Source: Falsibacillus albus
GTDB lineage: Bacteria; Bacillota; Bacilli; Bacillales; DSM-25281
NCBI RefSeq assembly: GCF_003668575.1
Contig: NZ_RCVZ01000016.1
Location: 1-24,000 of the forward strand
Reading direction: 5' to 3'
DNA length: 24,000 nucleotides
The translations under genes were made by a program, and so were the position numbers. Each line of letters starts with the position of its first letter. Positions within the stretch are counted from its first letter, which is position 1. Shown in pieces: positions 1-7,603 of this stretch. The notes beneath the pieces are model-generated. The model searched no databases, was not told the origin of the DNA, and worked only from the letters and a program-made list of their open reading frames with translations.

Positions 1-61
1 GGGAATCGAACCCTCATCATCAGCTTGGAAGGCTGAGGTTTTACCACTAAACTACACCCGC
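1..61 (-). tRNA. tRNA-Gly (anticodon UCC), 3' part cut off by window edge
   Basis: Reverse complement reads GCGGGTGTAGTTTAGTGGTAAAACCTCAGCCTTCCAAGCTGATGATGAGGGTTCGATTCCC. It has a D-arm, anticodon loop CTTCCAA (TCC) and a GGTTCGATTCC T-arm. The 3' acceptor strand lies beyond position 1. Confidence 0.9.
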
Positions 62-86
62 ATATTATATTAATGAAAAGAAACAA

Positions 87-163
87 TGGTCGGGAAGACA
101 GGATTCGAACCTGCGACCCCTTGGTCCCAAACCAAGTGCTCTACCAAGCTGAGCTACTTCCCG
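87..163 (-). tRNA. tRNA-Pro (anticodon UGG), CCA encoded
   Basis: Reverse complement is CGGGAAGTAGCTCAGCTTGGTAGAGCACTTGGTTTGGGACCAAGGGGTCGCAGGTTCGAATCCTGTCTTCCCGACCA. Acceptor stem CGGGAAG/CTTCCCG, anticodon loop TTTGGGA. Confidence 0.95.
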
Positions 164-252
164 TCTATAAATCATTCTCAGCTTAGCATCAACATCATCG
201 TGTCATATATGTACACTTCTGTGTGTTTTGTTTGCATCGCTGATGGAATTAA

Positions 253-329
<77 letters not shown>

Positions 330-341
330 ATGAATCAAGTT

Positions 342-427
<86 letters not shown>

Positions 428-444
428 ATTTTTAGCGACAAAAT

Positions 445-474
445 CTATTATAACTTATCAGTTTAAAAAGTCAA
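445..474 (-). promoter_or_regulatory. Possible internal sigma-A promoter inside the tRNA array (TTGACT-N16-TATAAT)
   Basis: Minus strand reads TTGACTttttaaactgataagtTATAATag in the 77-bp spacer between the two tRNA-Leu genes. The -35 is at 469-474 and the -10 at 447-452. Confidence 0.35.
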
Positions 475-504
475 TAGTTTTTTGAAGAAAATTTTTAATC
501 GTGA

Positions 505-589
505 TGGTGCGGGTGAAGGGACTTGAACCCCCACGCCTTGCGGCGCCAGATCCTAAGTCTGGTGCGTCTGCCAATTCCGCCACACCCGC
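505..589 (-). tRNA. tRNA-Leu (anticodon UAG), long variable arm, CCA encoded
   Basis: Reverse complement is GCGGGTGTGGCGGAATTGGCAGACGCACCAGACTTAGGATCTGGCGCCGCAAGGCGTGGGGGTTCAAGTCCCTTCACCCGCACCA. Anticodon loop CTTAGGA. Confidence 0.95.
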
Positions 590-601
590 ATGAAATAAAA
601 G

Positions 602-674
602 TGAGCCATGAAGGACTCGAACCTTCGACCCTCTGATTAAAAGTCAGATGCTCTACCAACTGAGCTAATGGCTC
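602..674 (-). tRNA. tRNA-Lys (anticodon UUU), CCA not encoded
   Basis: Reverse complement is GAGCCATTAGCTCAGTTGGTAGAGCATCTGACTTTTAATCAGAGGGTCGAAGGTTCGAGTCCTTCATGGCTCA, followed by CTTT rather than CCA. Anticodon loop CTTTTAA. Confidence 0.95.
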
Positions 675-675
675 A

Positions 676-750
676 TGGCTGGGCTAGCTGGATTCGAACC
701 AACGCATGTCGCAGTCAAAGTGCGATGCCTTACCGCTTGGCTATAGCCCA
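676..750 (-). tRNA. tRNA-Gln (anticodon UUG), CCA encoded
   Basis: Reverse complement is TGGGCTATAGCCAAGCGGTAAGGCATCGCACTTTGACTGCGACATGCGTTGGTTCGAATCCAGCTAGCCCAGCCA. Anticodon loop CTTTGAC. Only 1 nt separates its CCA from the tRNA-Lys 5' end. Confidence 0.95.
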
Positions 751-788
751 ATATTCCAAGTCGCTTCTTTTTCAAAAGCGAGGTTTTC

Positions 789-818
789 AGTATAACATCA
801 TTTAAAATATGATGTCAA
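789..818 (-). promoter_or_regulatory. Possible internal sigma-A promoter inside the tRNA array (TTGACA-N18-TATACT)
   Basis: Minus strand reads TTGACAtcatattttaaatgatgtTATACT in the 101-bp Asp-Gln spacer. The spacer contains the small inverted repeat CATCAT/ATGATG. Confidence 0.3.
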
Positions 819-851
819 CATGTTTTTTTAGATTGTTTTTCTTTAAAATAA

Positions 852-928
852 TGGCGGTCTGGACGGGACTCGAACCCGCGACCTCCTGCGTGACAGGCAG
901 GCATTCTAACCAACTGAACTACCAGACC
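852..928 (-). tRNA. tRNA-Asp (anticodon GUC), CCA encoded
   Basis: Reverse complement is GGTCTGGTAGTTCAGTTGGTTAGAATGCCTGCCTGTCACGCAGGAGGTCGCGGGTTCGAGTCCCGTCCAGACCGCCA. Anticodon loop CTGTCAC. Confidence 0.95.
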
Positions 929-999
929 AAAGTTTTTTGCAAAGCAAAATAACTGTCATTTGCTGTTTAAGCAAAATAATTTGTTTTCAATAAAACAAA

Positions 1000-1074
1000 T
1001 GGTGACCCGTACGGGATTCGAACCCGTGTTACCGCCGTGAAAGGGCGGTGTCTTAACCGCTTGACCAACGGGCC
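1000..1074 (-). tRNA. tRNA-Glu (anticodon UUC), CCA encoded
   Basis: Reverse complement is GGCCCGTTGGTCAAGCGGTTAAGACACCGCCCTTTCACGGCGGTAACACGGGTTCGAATCCCGTACGGGTCACCA. Anticodon loop CTTTCAC. Confidence 0.95.
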
Positions 1075-1081
1075 GTATGTA

Positions 1082-1172
1082 TGGCGGAGAAGGAGGGATT
1101 TGAACCCTCGCGCCGCTTACGCGACCTACACCCTTAGCAGGGGCGCCTCTTCAGCCACTTGAGTACTTCCCC
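1082..1172 (-). tRNA. tRNA-Ser (anticodon GCU), long variable arm, CCA encoded
   Basis: Reverse complement is GGGGAAGTACTCAAGTGGCTGAAGAGGCGCCCCTGCTAAGGGTGTAGGTCGCGTAAGCGGCGCGAGGGTTCAAATCCCTCCTTCTCCGCCA. Anticodon loop CTGCTAA, class II variable arm. Confidence 0.93.
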
Positions 1173-1184
1173 ATGACATAAAAA

Positions 1185-1259
1185 TGGCTCCGCAGGCAGG
1201 ATTCGAACCTGCGACCGATCGGTTAACAGCCGATAGCTCTACCACTGAGCTACTGCGGA
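1185..1259 (-). tRNA. tRNA-Asn (anticodon GUU), CCA encoded; first gene of the array
   Basis: Reverse complement is TCCGCAGTAGCTCAGTGGTAGAGCTATCGGCTGTTAACCGATCGGTCGCAGGTTCGAATCCTGCCTGCGGAGCCA. Anticodon loop CTGTTAA. Confidence 0.95.
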
Positions 1260-1292
1260 ATAAAAATCAATTTGTTTAATTCGACTCTTTAA

Positions 1293-1321
1293 ATTATACT
1301 TACGCTGCCCATTACTGTCAA
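1293..1321 (-). promoter_or_regulatory. Sigma-A promoter of the tRNA array (TTGACA-N17-TATAAT)
   Basis: Minus strand reads TTGACAgtaatgggcagcgtaagTATAAT. Both hexamers are perfect consensus with a 17-bp spacer, and the -10 lies about 34 nt upstream of the tRNA-Asn 5' end. Confidence 0.7.
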
Positions 1322-1373
1322 GATGCTTTTTGAACATTTTACAAGCTTTTAAAGAAAGACCTTATTCCAAGCA

Positions 1374-1829
1374 TCAATCTATTTTCTTAAGCTTTCCGTT
1401 ACACTTTCCACATACATATTTTTTCGTGTTCACCCTTCTTTTCCTCCTATATTGAAGCCGACATTCCTTGCATTGATAAATATGATAAAAGACCGGGCGG
1501 TTTTTATTGGTTTGTTTAAGTGGTGTGCAATGCCTTGGAGCATCTACTTCCTTCATCAATGTTTTGAAATCAAAATCACGGTGGCGATACCCTTTCCCTT
1601 CGAGATGGAGGTGATAGTGGCACAATTCATGCTTTATGATTCCCACAAGTTCATCCATTCCATACGCTTCGTAATAAGTTCGGTTAATTTCGATATTATG
1701 GGATTGGAGCATATACCTGCCTCCAGTCGTCTTCAACCTTTTGTTGAAAACCGCCTGGTGGCGAAATGATTTTCTAAAACAATCCTTCGACAATTCTTCG
1801 GTCAGCCGCTGCAATTGTTCATCATTCAA
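1374..1829 (-). CDS. ydcK: SprT-like zinc metalloprotease-domain protein (151 aa)
   Basis: HELCHYHLH (HExxH) motif plus a C-terminal CxxC...CxxC zinc ribbon (YQCKECRLQY...YVCGKCNGKL). It aligns with remembered B. subtilis YdcK. The start is placed at TTG 1829, preceded by AAAGGAGGG-N7. The tracked ORF extension to 1925 lacks homolog support. Confidence 0.85.
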   Translation of the reverse strand: MNDEQLQRLTEELSKDCFRKSFRHQAVFNKRLKTTGGRYMLQSHNIEINRTYYEAYGMDELVGIIKHELCHYHLHLEGKGYRHRDFDFKTLMKEVDAPRHCTPLKQTNKNRPVFYHIYQCKECRLQYRRKRRVNTKKYVCGKCNGKLKKID

Positions 1830-1871
1830 TGACAAGCCCTCCTTTAATGTTGAAGGTGAACATGACAACCC

Positions 1872-1880
1872 ATTATAGCA
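1872..1880 (-). promoter_or_regulatory. Extended -10 element (TGcTATAAT), candidate promoter of the sprT-like gene
   Basis: Minus strand reads gtaTGcTATAATggg about 45 nt upstream of the TTG start. There is no good -35. Confidence 0.4.
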
Positions 1881-1926
1881 TACAATAGGTATCACCATTA
1901 CTCTTTTATGCAAGGAGGTATACATT

Positions 1927-2040
1927 ATGCCGACTTGGCTGCAAAAGCAAATGCAAAGAGCTTTCCTTGAGAAGAATCGATATCAAATCAAACTCCTTAA
2001 CCAATGCTGGTTTTTTTATAGAAAAAAACACTGCTCTTGA
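1927..2040 (+). CDS. Candidate small protein, 37 aa (MPTWLQKQMQRAFLEKNRYQIKLLNQCWFFYRKKHCS), function unknown
   Basis: ATG at 1927 is preceded by AAGGAGGT (1912-1919) with a 7-nt spacer. The ORF lies in the intergenic gap between sprT-like and tex, and its stop sits inside the bidirectional terminator hairpin. I recall no homolog. Confidence 0.3.
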   Translation: MPTWLQKQMQRAFLEKNRYQIKLLNQCWFFYRKKHCS

Positions 2041-2056
2041 ATGGGCAGTGTTTTTC
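2021..2056 (-). terminator. Rho-independent terminator after tex; usable in both directions
   Basis: Minus RNA is AAAAACACUGC-CCAUUCAAGA-GCAGUGUUUUUUU. The 7-bp GC core ACACTGC/GCAGTGT is extended by A/U pairs and followed by a U7 tract. On the plus strand the same hairpin is followed by T5. Confidence 0.8.
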
Positions 2057-2099
2057 CATAAGTTTAAAATTGCGGCATTTCGATGCTTTTTCCTGCTAA

Positions 2100-4274
2100 T
2101 CATTTCTTTGCCAGCATGGTCAAGGAAACTCTCCCTTTTTTCAAATCGACAGAGTCCACCCACACAGTCACGACGTCCCCGACTGCAACGACATCCAATG
2201 GATGCTTGACAAACCGGCTGCTTAATTTGGAAATATGGACAAGTCCATCTTCTTTCACACCGATATCTACAAACGCACCAAAATCGACGACATTTCGCAC
2301 TGTTCCTTGGAGCTCCATTCCTTCGCTTAAGTCTTCAAGCTTCAACACATCTTTTTTCAGGATCGGCTTTGGCAGCTCATCGCGCGGGTCACGACCAGGT
2401 CGTTTTAATGAATCCAGGATATCTTTCAAAGTCAGTTCACCGACGCTTAATTCCCTCGAAAGCTCTCTGATGGAGACGTTGTTGAGTGCATCTTTCAACT
2501 TTTCCGTTCCAAGGTCCTCTACATCCATGTCCATCATTTTCAGCAGCCGGGTGACATCACCATAGCTCTCAGGATGAATGGACGTACGGTCCAATTGCTG
2601 GTCCCCGTCAATGATTCGCAAGAAACCGATGCTCTGCTCATAGGTTTTTGCCCCAAGTCTCGGAATCCCTTTCAATTGTTTTCTGTTTTGAATCTTGCCG
2701 TTTTCTTCCCTGAATTTCACTATGTTATTGGCTACGGTCTTATTCAAACCAGAAACATATTGCAGTAATGATGAAGATGCTGTATTCACGTTGACTCCAA
2801 CTTTGTTAACTGCGGTTTCTACAACAAAAGTCAGCGAGTCATTCAGCTTTTTCTGGGAAACATCGTGTTGATATTGACCCACTCCCACCGACTTCGGATC
2901 GATTTTTACAAGTTCTGCAAGTGGATCCTGCAATCGCCTTGCAATCGATACCGCACTTCTCTCCTCTACTTGTAAGTCGGGGAATTCCTCCCTTGCCAAA
3001 TCTGAAGCAGAGTAGACGCTGGCTCCTGCTTCATTGACAATGATATAAGAGATATCAGAACTTACTTCTTTTAAGGTCTTCACGATAAATTGCTCTGTTT
3101 CCCTGGATGCTGTGCCATTGCCGATGGCGACAATTTCGACGGCATATTCTTTCAGGATCGAGACTACCGTATTCATTGCTTTTTCAGACTGGGCTTTCGG
3201 TGGATGCGGGTAGATTACACCGATGTAAAGTACTTTTCCTGTTTCATTCACAACAGAAAGCTTGCATCCGGTACGATATGCCGGGTCGACACCAAGTACA
3301 ACTTTCCCTTTTAACGGGGGCTGAAGCAGCAGGTTTTTCAAGTTTTCCGAAAAAATATGAATCGCTTGATCTTCAGCTTTTTCTGTGAGCTCGTTTCGGA
3401 TTTCCCTTTCAATGGATGGCTGGATCAGACGCTTATAGCCATCTTCTATGGCTTCACGGATATAAGGTTCTGCAGCCGAATGGTTCATGAGAATATATTT
3501 TTTAAAGAGGTAATCAAGTATTCTCTCGGTATGAGGCTGGATTTGGACTTTTAGAATGTCTTCCTTTTCGCCTCTATTTATCGCCAATGTACGATGCGGA
3601 ACGACTTTATTTACAGGCTCCGAGTAGTCGTAATACATTTCAAATATGTTTTTTTCATCTTTTTCTTCATCTTTTACCTTGGTGGATAAAGCACTTGTCT
3701 TAAAGGTTTCGCGTCGGATCCATTGGCGGACAGCCGCATCGTCTGAAATCACTTCAGCGATGATGTCCTTCGCGCCGCTTAAAGCTTCATCCGCTGAATT
3801 TACTTCTTTTTCAGCTGATATGTATTTGGAAGCCTCATTCTCGATATTTACTGATTTCGGCATGGACATAAGCCATTGCGCCAGGGGTTCCAAGCCTTTT
3901 TCCTTTGCCACCGTGGCTTTTGTCCTTCTCTTTTGTTTATAGGGACGATATAAATCTTCAACGACCTGGAGTTTTTCAGCCTTTATGATTTTTGTTTTTA
4001 GTTCCTCGGTCAACTTATCCTGTTCGTCGATTAGTCTTATGACTTCTTCTTTTCGTTTATCGAGGTTTTGAACATATGTCCATTGTTCAATAATGGCCCT
4101 GATTTGCACTTCATCCAGAGCCCCGGTCATTTCTTTTCGGTATCTTGCAATAAACGGAACCGTATTTCCTTCGGATACGAGATCGATGACATTTTTAACT
4201 TGCTTAACATCTAAACGATTTTCATTGGCAATATTTTTATATACGTCCTGTTGTCTTGTGATTGTTTGCTCCAT
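2100..4274 (-). CDS. tex: Tex-like transcription accessory protein with C-terminal S1 RNA-binding domain (724 aa)
   Basis: Full-length 724-aa ORF. The N-terminus has the Tex pattern (VPFIARYRKE, LEDLYRPYKQKRRTKA), the middle has a YqgF-like region (VLGVDPAYRTGCK), and the C-terminus has an S1 domain (GTVRNVVDFGAFVDIGVKEDGLVHISKL). ATG follows GGGGA-N6. Confidence 0.95.
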   Translation of the reverse strand: MEQTITRQQDVYKNIANENRLDVKQVKNVIDLVSEGNTVPFIARYRKEMTGALDEVQIRAIIEQWTYVQNLDKRKEEVIRLIDEQDKLTEELKTKIIKAEKLQVVEDLYRPYKQKRRTKATVAKEKGLEPLAQWLMSMPKSVNIENEASKYISAEKEVNSADEALSGAKDIIAEVISDDAAVRQWIRRETFKTSALSTKVKDEEKDEKNIFEMYYDYSEPVNKVVPHRTLAINRGEKEDILKVQIQPHTERILDYLFKKYILMNHSAAEPYIREAIEDGYKRLIQPSIEREIRNELTEKAEDQAIHIFSENLKNLLLQPPLKGKVVLGVDPAYRTGCKLSVVNETGKVLYIGVIYPHPPKAQSEKAMNTVVSILKEYAVEIVAIGNGTASRETEQFIVKTLKEVSSDISYIIVNEAGASVYSASDLAREEFPDLQVEERSAVSIARRLQDPLAELVKIDPKSVGVGQYQHDVSQKKLNDSLTFVVETAVNKVGVNVNTASSSLLQYVSGLNKTVANNIVKFREENGKIQNRKQLKGIPRLGAKTYEQSIGFLRIIDGDQQLDRTSIHPESYGDVTRLLKMMDMDVEDLGTEKLKDALNNVSIRELSRELSVGELTLKDILDSLKRPGRDPRDELPKPILKKDVLKLEDLSEGMELQGTVRNVVDFGAFVDIGVKEDGLVHISKLSSRFVKHPLDVVAVGDVVTVWVDSVDLKKGRVSLTMLAKK

Positions 4275-4332
4275 GGTACATCCCCACTTTCAATCAGTCA
4301 TGTAGATAGTTTACCACATTGTTTAGCCTAAA

Positions 4333-4361
4333 TTAAAAAGCCCGCTCCTCAAAGCAGGCTC
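4333..4361 (-). terminator. Rho-independent terminator of the sigB operon
   Basis: Minus RNA is AGCCUGCU-UUGAGG-AGCGGGCU-UUUUUAAUUU, an 8-bp stem with one G-U pair and a U tract. It overlaps the last codons and stop of rsbX. Confidence 0.8.
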
Positions 4362-4945
4362 CCGACGATAAATGTCAAGTCATCATCTTTATTTACATAA
4401 TCGCGCTCCAGTTCACTGGCGATCATCCCGACTGAATAGCTGTTTTTCAACAGAGATTTGGTACTAGAAATTCTCAGCCCATCGGAATGTATCAAGAACC
4501 TCGCGCCTTCTTCAAATGGAAATCTGTGGGTATTGAACATTTGCGGCCTGCCAGACAAATAGCCTGTCACAGGTAAAGGATAGGTAAGTTTTCCAGAAGG
4601 AGAGTATAGATAGAAACGGATATTTCCAACACAGCTATAAACAAATTCTTTTTCATGAAAATACACCTTAACGATCGCTACCGCAGCACCGCGTGTTTGT
4701 GCCAGTACTTTGTTGCAAATCTTCATCAATGCATCCACGTCTTCATCCTTGTTTTGCTCGACAATCTTTGCTACTGCAGAAGATGCCTCATGCGCAAACT
4801 TTCCGCTTCCCAATCCATCAGCAAGGACACAGAGGAAATAATCTTCGGTAGTGGTCATGTAATAGCTGTCGCCACAATGCGATTTTCCTTCTTTTGATGT
4901 TTGGTGGGAATAAACCTCCACTCCATTTTGTTGCAAATGGATCAT
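4349..4945 (-). CDS. rsbX: RsbX, PP2C-type feedback phosphatase of the sigma-B pathway (198 aa)
   Basis: PP2C-like motifs (LADGLGSGKFA, IHSDGL). It is the last gene of the sigB operon, and its ATG overlaps the sigB stop (ATGA). Confidence 0.9.
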   Translation of the reverse strand: MIHLQQNGVEVYSHQTSKEGKSHCGDSYYMTTTEDYFLCVLADGLGSGKFAHEASSAVAKIVEQNKDEDVDALMKICNKVLAQTRGAAVAIVKVYFHEKEFVYSCVGNIRFYLYSPSGKLTYPLPVTGYLSGRPQMFNTHRFPFEEGARFLIHSDGLRISSTKSLLKNSYSVGMIASELERDYVNKDDDLTFIVGSLL

Positions 4946-5736
4946 AGAGGGGACCTCTCAGGATGTATATCTTCTTCAATAATGGCATCTTTTAATTTCT
5001 TGATAGCACGCCGCTGCAGTCTGGATACATGCATTTGCGATATTCCCAGCATATCTCCTGCTTCTTTCTGGCTCATATTTTCCAAGAATGTGTATTGAAT
5101 GATGGAACGCTCTCTTTCTGAAAGTACATGCAGTACTTTTTCCAACACAAGCCGTTGATTTGTCCGCTCATATCCTTCATCTACATTTCCTACGATATCC
5201 AACAGAGTGACTGTGCTTCCCTCTGAATCCGCTTCAATGGAATGATCAACAGAGAGAGCCTGATAGCTTTTCCCCATTTCCATTGCCTCTAAAACTTCTT
5301 CCTCTGAAATCTCAAGCCGATCGGCAATTTCGATCACCCGGGGAGACCGCTGCAATTCTGTTGTCAATTCTTCTATCGTCGATTTGATTTTTGGACCTAA
5401 TTCTTTAATTCTCCTTGGAACATGCACGCTCCACGTTTTATCACGGAGAAATCGTTTTATCTCTCCAACAACGGTTGGAATCGCGAATGCTTCAAATGAT
5501 TTTCCAAATGAATCATCGTAGCGCCGGATGGCTCCGAGCAATCCGATCATCCCGACTTGAAAGATATCTTCATGATAGGATTTTCCCTTGGAGTACTTCC
5601 TTGCGATGGATTCCACTAGACGCTGATAATGAACCACCAATTGGTCCTGTGCATCCTGGTCTCCATTTTCCTGGAAAGCTTTTATCCACGCGTTTACTTG
5701 TTCGCGGGAGTTATTAGGTTGAGATAGATTCGACAT
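4942..5736 (-). CDS. sigB: RNA polymerase sigma factor SigB (264 aa)
   Basis: Strong match to remembered B. subtilis SigB: YSKGKS[FY]HED, VGMIGLLGAI, KSFEAFAIPT, GEIKRFLRDKTWSVHVPRRIKELGP, MGKSYQALSVDHSIEADS, ISQMHVSRLQR. The start is set at ATG 5736 (MSNLSQP...), overlapping the rsbW 3' end as in B. subtilis. The tracked start at 5760 is a TTG without support. Confidence 0.95.
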   Translation of the reverse strand: MSNLSQPNNSREQVNAWIKAFQENGDQDAQDQLVVHYQRLVESIARKYSKGKSYHEDIFQVGMIGLLGAIRRYDDSFGKSFEAFAIPTVVGEIKRFLRDKTWSVHVPRRIKELGPKIKSTIEELTTELQRSPRVIEIADRLEISEEEVLEAMEMGKSYQALSVDHSIEADSEGSTVTLLDIVGNVDEGYERTNQRLVLEKVLHVLSERERSIIQYTFLENMSQKEAGDMLGISQMHVSRLQRRAIKKLKDAIIEEDIHPERSPL

Positions 5737-6187
5737 CCCTATCCACCTGCTCTCCTTCAAGGTACTTAGTCATTAAGACAGTTACCCCCTCCTTATGGTG
5801 GATTTTCACTTCGTCCATAAGACTTTCAATGAGGTAAAGCCCTAAGCCTCCTTCACGTAAAAATTCAACTTCAAGATTTTCTTGATACGGTCCGATTTCC
5901 TCTCTGGTTTTCTGGAAATCAAAGCTTGCCCCATGATCCGCGACCATAATTTCCAAGCGGTTGGCATACAGACCGAATCCGACGATCACTTCGCCATCTT
6001 CTTCCTTATATGCGTGCTGCACTGCATTTGTAATCGCTTCGCTGGTCGCAATCTTCAAATCTTCGATTGAATCGTAAGTAAATCCCATCCTGCTGGCAAT
6101 CCCGGAAATCGTCAGACGGATCACTCCGACAAACTCCGGTTTACCAGGAACCTTCATCTCGATGTAATCAAAATCCTCCATCATCAT
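5714..6187 (-). CDS. rsbW: RsbW, anti-sigma-B factor / serine kinase (157 aa)
   Basis: HATPase_c motifs (EAITNAVQHAY N-box, EGGLGLYLIESLMDEV G-box) and the DYIEMKVP N-terminus as in B. subtilis RsbW. Its ATG overlaps the rsbV stop (ATGA). Confidence 0.95.
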   Translation of the reverse strand: MMMEDFDYIEMKVPGKPEFVGVIRLTISGIASRMGFTYDSIEDLKIATSEAITNAVQHAYKEEDGEVIVGFGLYANRLEIMVADHGASFDFQKTREEIGPYQENLEVEFLREGGLGLYLIESLMDEVKIHHKEGVTVLMTKYLEGEQVDRDVESIST

Positions 6188-6513
6188 ACTCCACCCTCTA
6201 CCTCGGAATTGATTTCCATAATGTCAGCTAAACCGGTAATGTCGAATAGACGCTGCAAACGGTCGGATAACCCTGTAAGGACCATTTGTCCATTATTTGC
6301 ACGGATCCCTTTAAACAAGCCGACAAAAACACCTAATCCGGTACTGTCCATATATGAAACATTTGTTAAGTCAATGGTTAAATGGATGTTCTCTTTAACT
6401 GCATAAGGAGAAAGTGTTTCCCGTATTTGTGGAGCTGTATAGGCATCAATTTCACCAGCTATCGTACTCTTAACAAATAGTTCGTTTTCTTTGACATCAA
6501 TTTTTATATTCAC
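6184..6513 (-). CDS. rsbV: RsbV, anti-anti-sigma-B factor, STAS domain (109 aa)
   Basis: STAS fold with the phosphorylatable serine context (VSYMDSTGLGVFVG). GTG start at 6513 is preceded by AGAGGTGAG-N5. Confidence 0.93.
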   Translation of the reverse strand: MNIKIDVKENELFVKSTIAGEIDAYTAPQIRETLSPYAVKENIHLTIDLTNVSYMDSTGLGVFVGLFKGIRANNGQMVLTGLSDRLQRLFDITGLADIMEINSEVEGGV

Positions 6514-6551
6514 GAATGCTCACCTCTTATACATTTCAAGACTCTTAACCT

Positions 6552-6577
6552 CTACCCTTAATTCAAATGCCCCAAAC
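6552..6577 (-). promoter_or_regulatory. Sigma-B-dependent internal promoter upstream of rsbV
   Basis: Minus strand reads GTTTGG-ggcatttgaattaa(14)-GGGTAG, against consensus GTTTAA-N12-15-GGGTAT. It sits between the rsbU stop and the rsbV start, as PB does in B. subtilis. Confidence 0.8.
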
Positions 6578-6582
6578 CTCTG

Positions 6583-7593
6583 TCAGCATTTCCTTTTTAA
6601 AACAATGAGTGTAAAATCGTCTCTGAGCTGAAAATCCTGAAGTTTTTCAAGCTCCTTATAAATATTATTGACAATTTCCTGAGCTCCCAGGTGTATATAT
6701 TTATTGATATATTCAACAAGGGTTTCCCGCTCGATGAAGCCATCCTCTGTGCGGCATTCTGTTACACCATCTGATAATAGGATTATCATATCCCCGATTT
6801 CTATGTGCCTCTCATATTGGCGATATTTAGCTTTTTTATCGATTCCGAGCAGCAACCCTTTTGCAGAAAGGTCATTATATTCCTTATTTCTTGCATGGTA
6901 GTAAAAGCCAGGTTCATGGCCGGCAGAAGCATAATGGAAATTATGTTTATTTGTATCATACATACCGTAGAACATGGTCACGAACATGGTCGGATCGACG
7001 TTATGCTCGACAACACGGTTTATGTTTTCAAGCACACTGCTGGGATTGAAGCTATTTTCCGGCAAACTGTCCATGGCATATTTGATCATCGACATGCACA
7101 AAGCTGCAGGAATACCTTTGCCGATAACATCGGCAATGGCGACACTGATTGTATTTTTGCCATCCTTGACAAAATGATAATAATCACCGCTCATCGTTTT
7201 GGCAGCGACACTGATGGCACCGATATCCAGGCAGTCTTCCTTCGGGATGGATGTGCCCAGGAGCGTCTGCTGCATATTTGCCGCGATTTCTATCTCACTT
7301 CTTAATTCCTGCTGCTGATTTCGCAGACTTTGATGCTCGCGGTATGCCAATCCATATCCCATGATGACTTCCAAAAGGATATCAAAAGAATGGATGACGC
7401 TCTCAGGGATATCAGGCTCCATCTCCATAATGAGCGAACGGTGCATACTGATGATTTCTTCCGGAGATATTTTATGCTCAATGGACTTCCTGCTGAACTT
7501 TTGCCCTTGATACAGCCCTTGTTCATTTTGATCCTTTAAATAGCTCTCAAGGATTTCTTTGTATTTTTTATCCATAATATTTCTAAAATCCAT
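6583..7593 (-). CDS. rsbU: RsbU, PP2C phosphatase activating RsbV (336 aa)
   Basis: N-terminal RsbU_N helical domain followed by a PP2C/SpoIIE domain (GDYYHF, ADVIGKGIPAAL, LLSDGVTE, DDFTLIVLK). ATG is preceded by GGGGGAG. Confidence 0.93.
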   Translation of the reverse strand: MDFRNIMDKKYKEILESYLKDQNEQGLYQGQKFSRKSIEHKISPEEIISMHRSLIMEMEPDIPESVIHSFDILLEVIMGYGLAYREHQSLRNQQQELRSEIEIAANMQQTLLGTSIPKEDCLDIGAISVAAKTMSGDYYHFVKDGKNTISVAIADVIGKGIPAALCMSMIKYAMDSLPENSFNPSSVLENINRVVEHNVDPTMFVTMFYGMYDTNKHNFHYASAGHEPGFYYHARNKEYNDLSAKGLLLGIDKKAKYRQYERHIEIGDMIILLSDGVTECRTEDGFIERETLVEYINKYIHLGAQEIVNNIYKELEKLQDFQLRDDFTLIVLKRKC

Positions 7594-7603
7594 AATACTC
7601 CCC

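Noticed and set aside
1830-1925. N-terminal 32-codon extension of the sprT-like ORF (tracked start 1925)
   Set aside because: TTG at 1829 with AAAGGAGGG-N7 gives a protein matching homolog length. The extension has no SD and no homolog support.
2083-2565. 160-aa plus-strand ORF, with other plus-strand ORFs at 2574-4305
   Set aside because: They are antisense to the strongly conserved tex gene. They are Ser/Thr-rich and low in complexity, with no SD. These are typical shadow ORFs.
5737-5760. Longer sigB start (TTG 5760); similarly rsbT 8053, acpS 13397, ydcC 12768, ddl 23243, murF 22108
   Set aside because: Homolog N-termini and SD positions support the downstream starts listed in the features. 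The extensions begin at weak alternative codons, inside upstream genes or inside SD sequences.
6805-7305. 166-aa plus-strand ORF and neighbours inside rsbU
   Set aside because: They are antisense shadow ORFs within a conserved PP2C gene, with no ribosome-binding sites.
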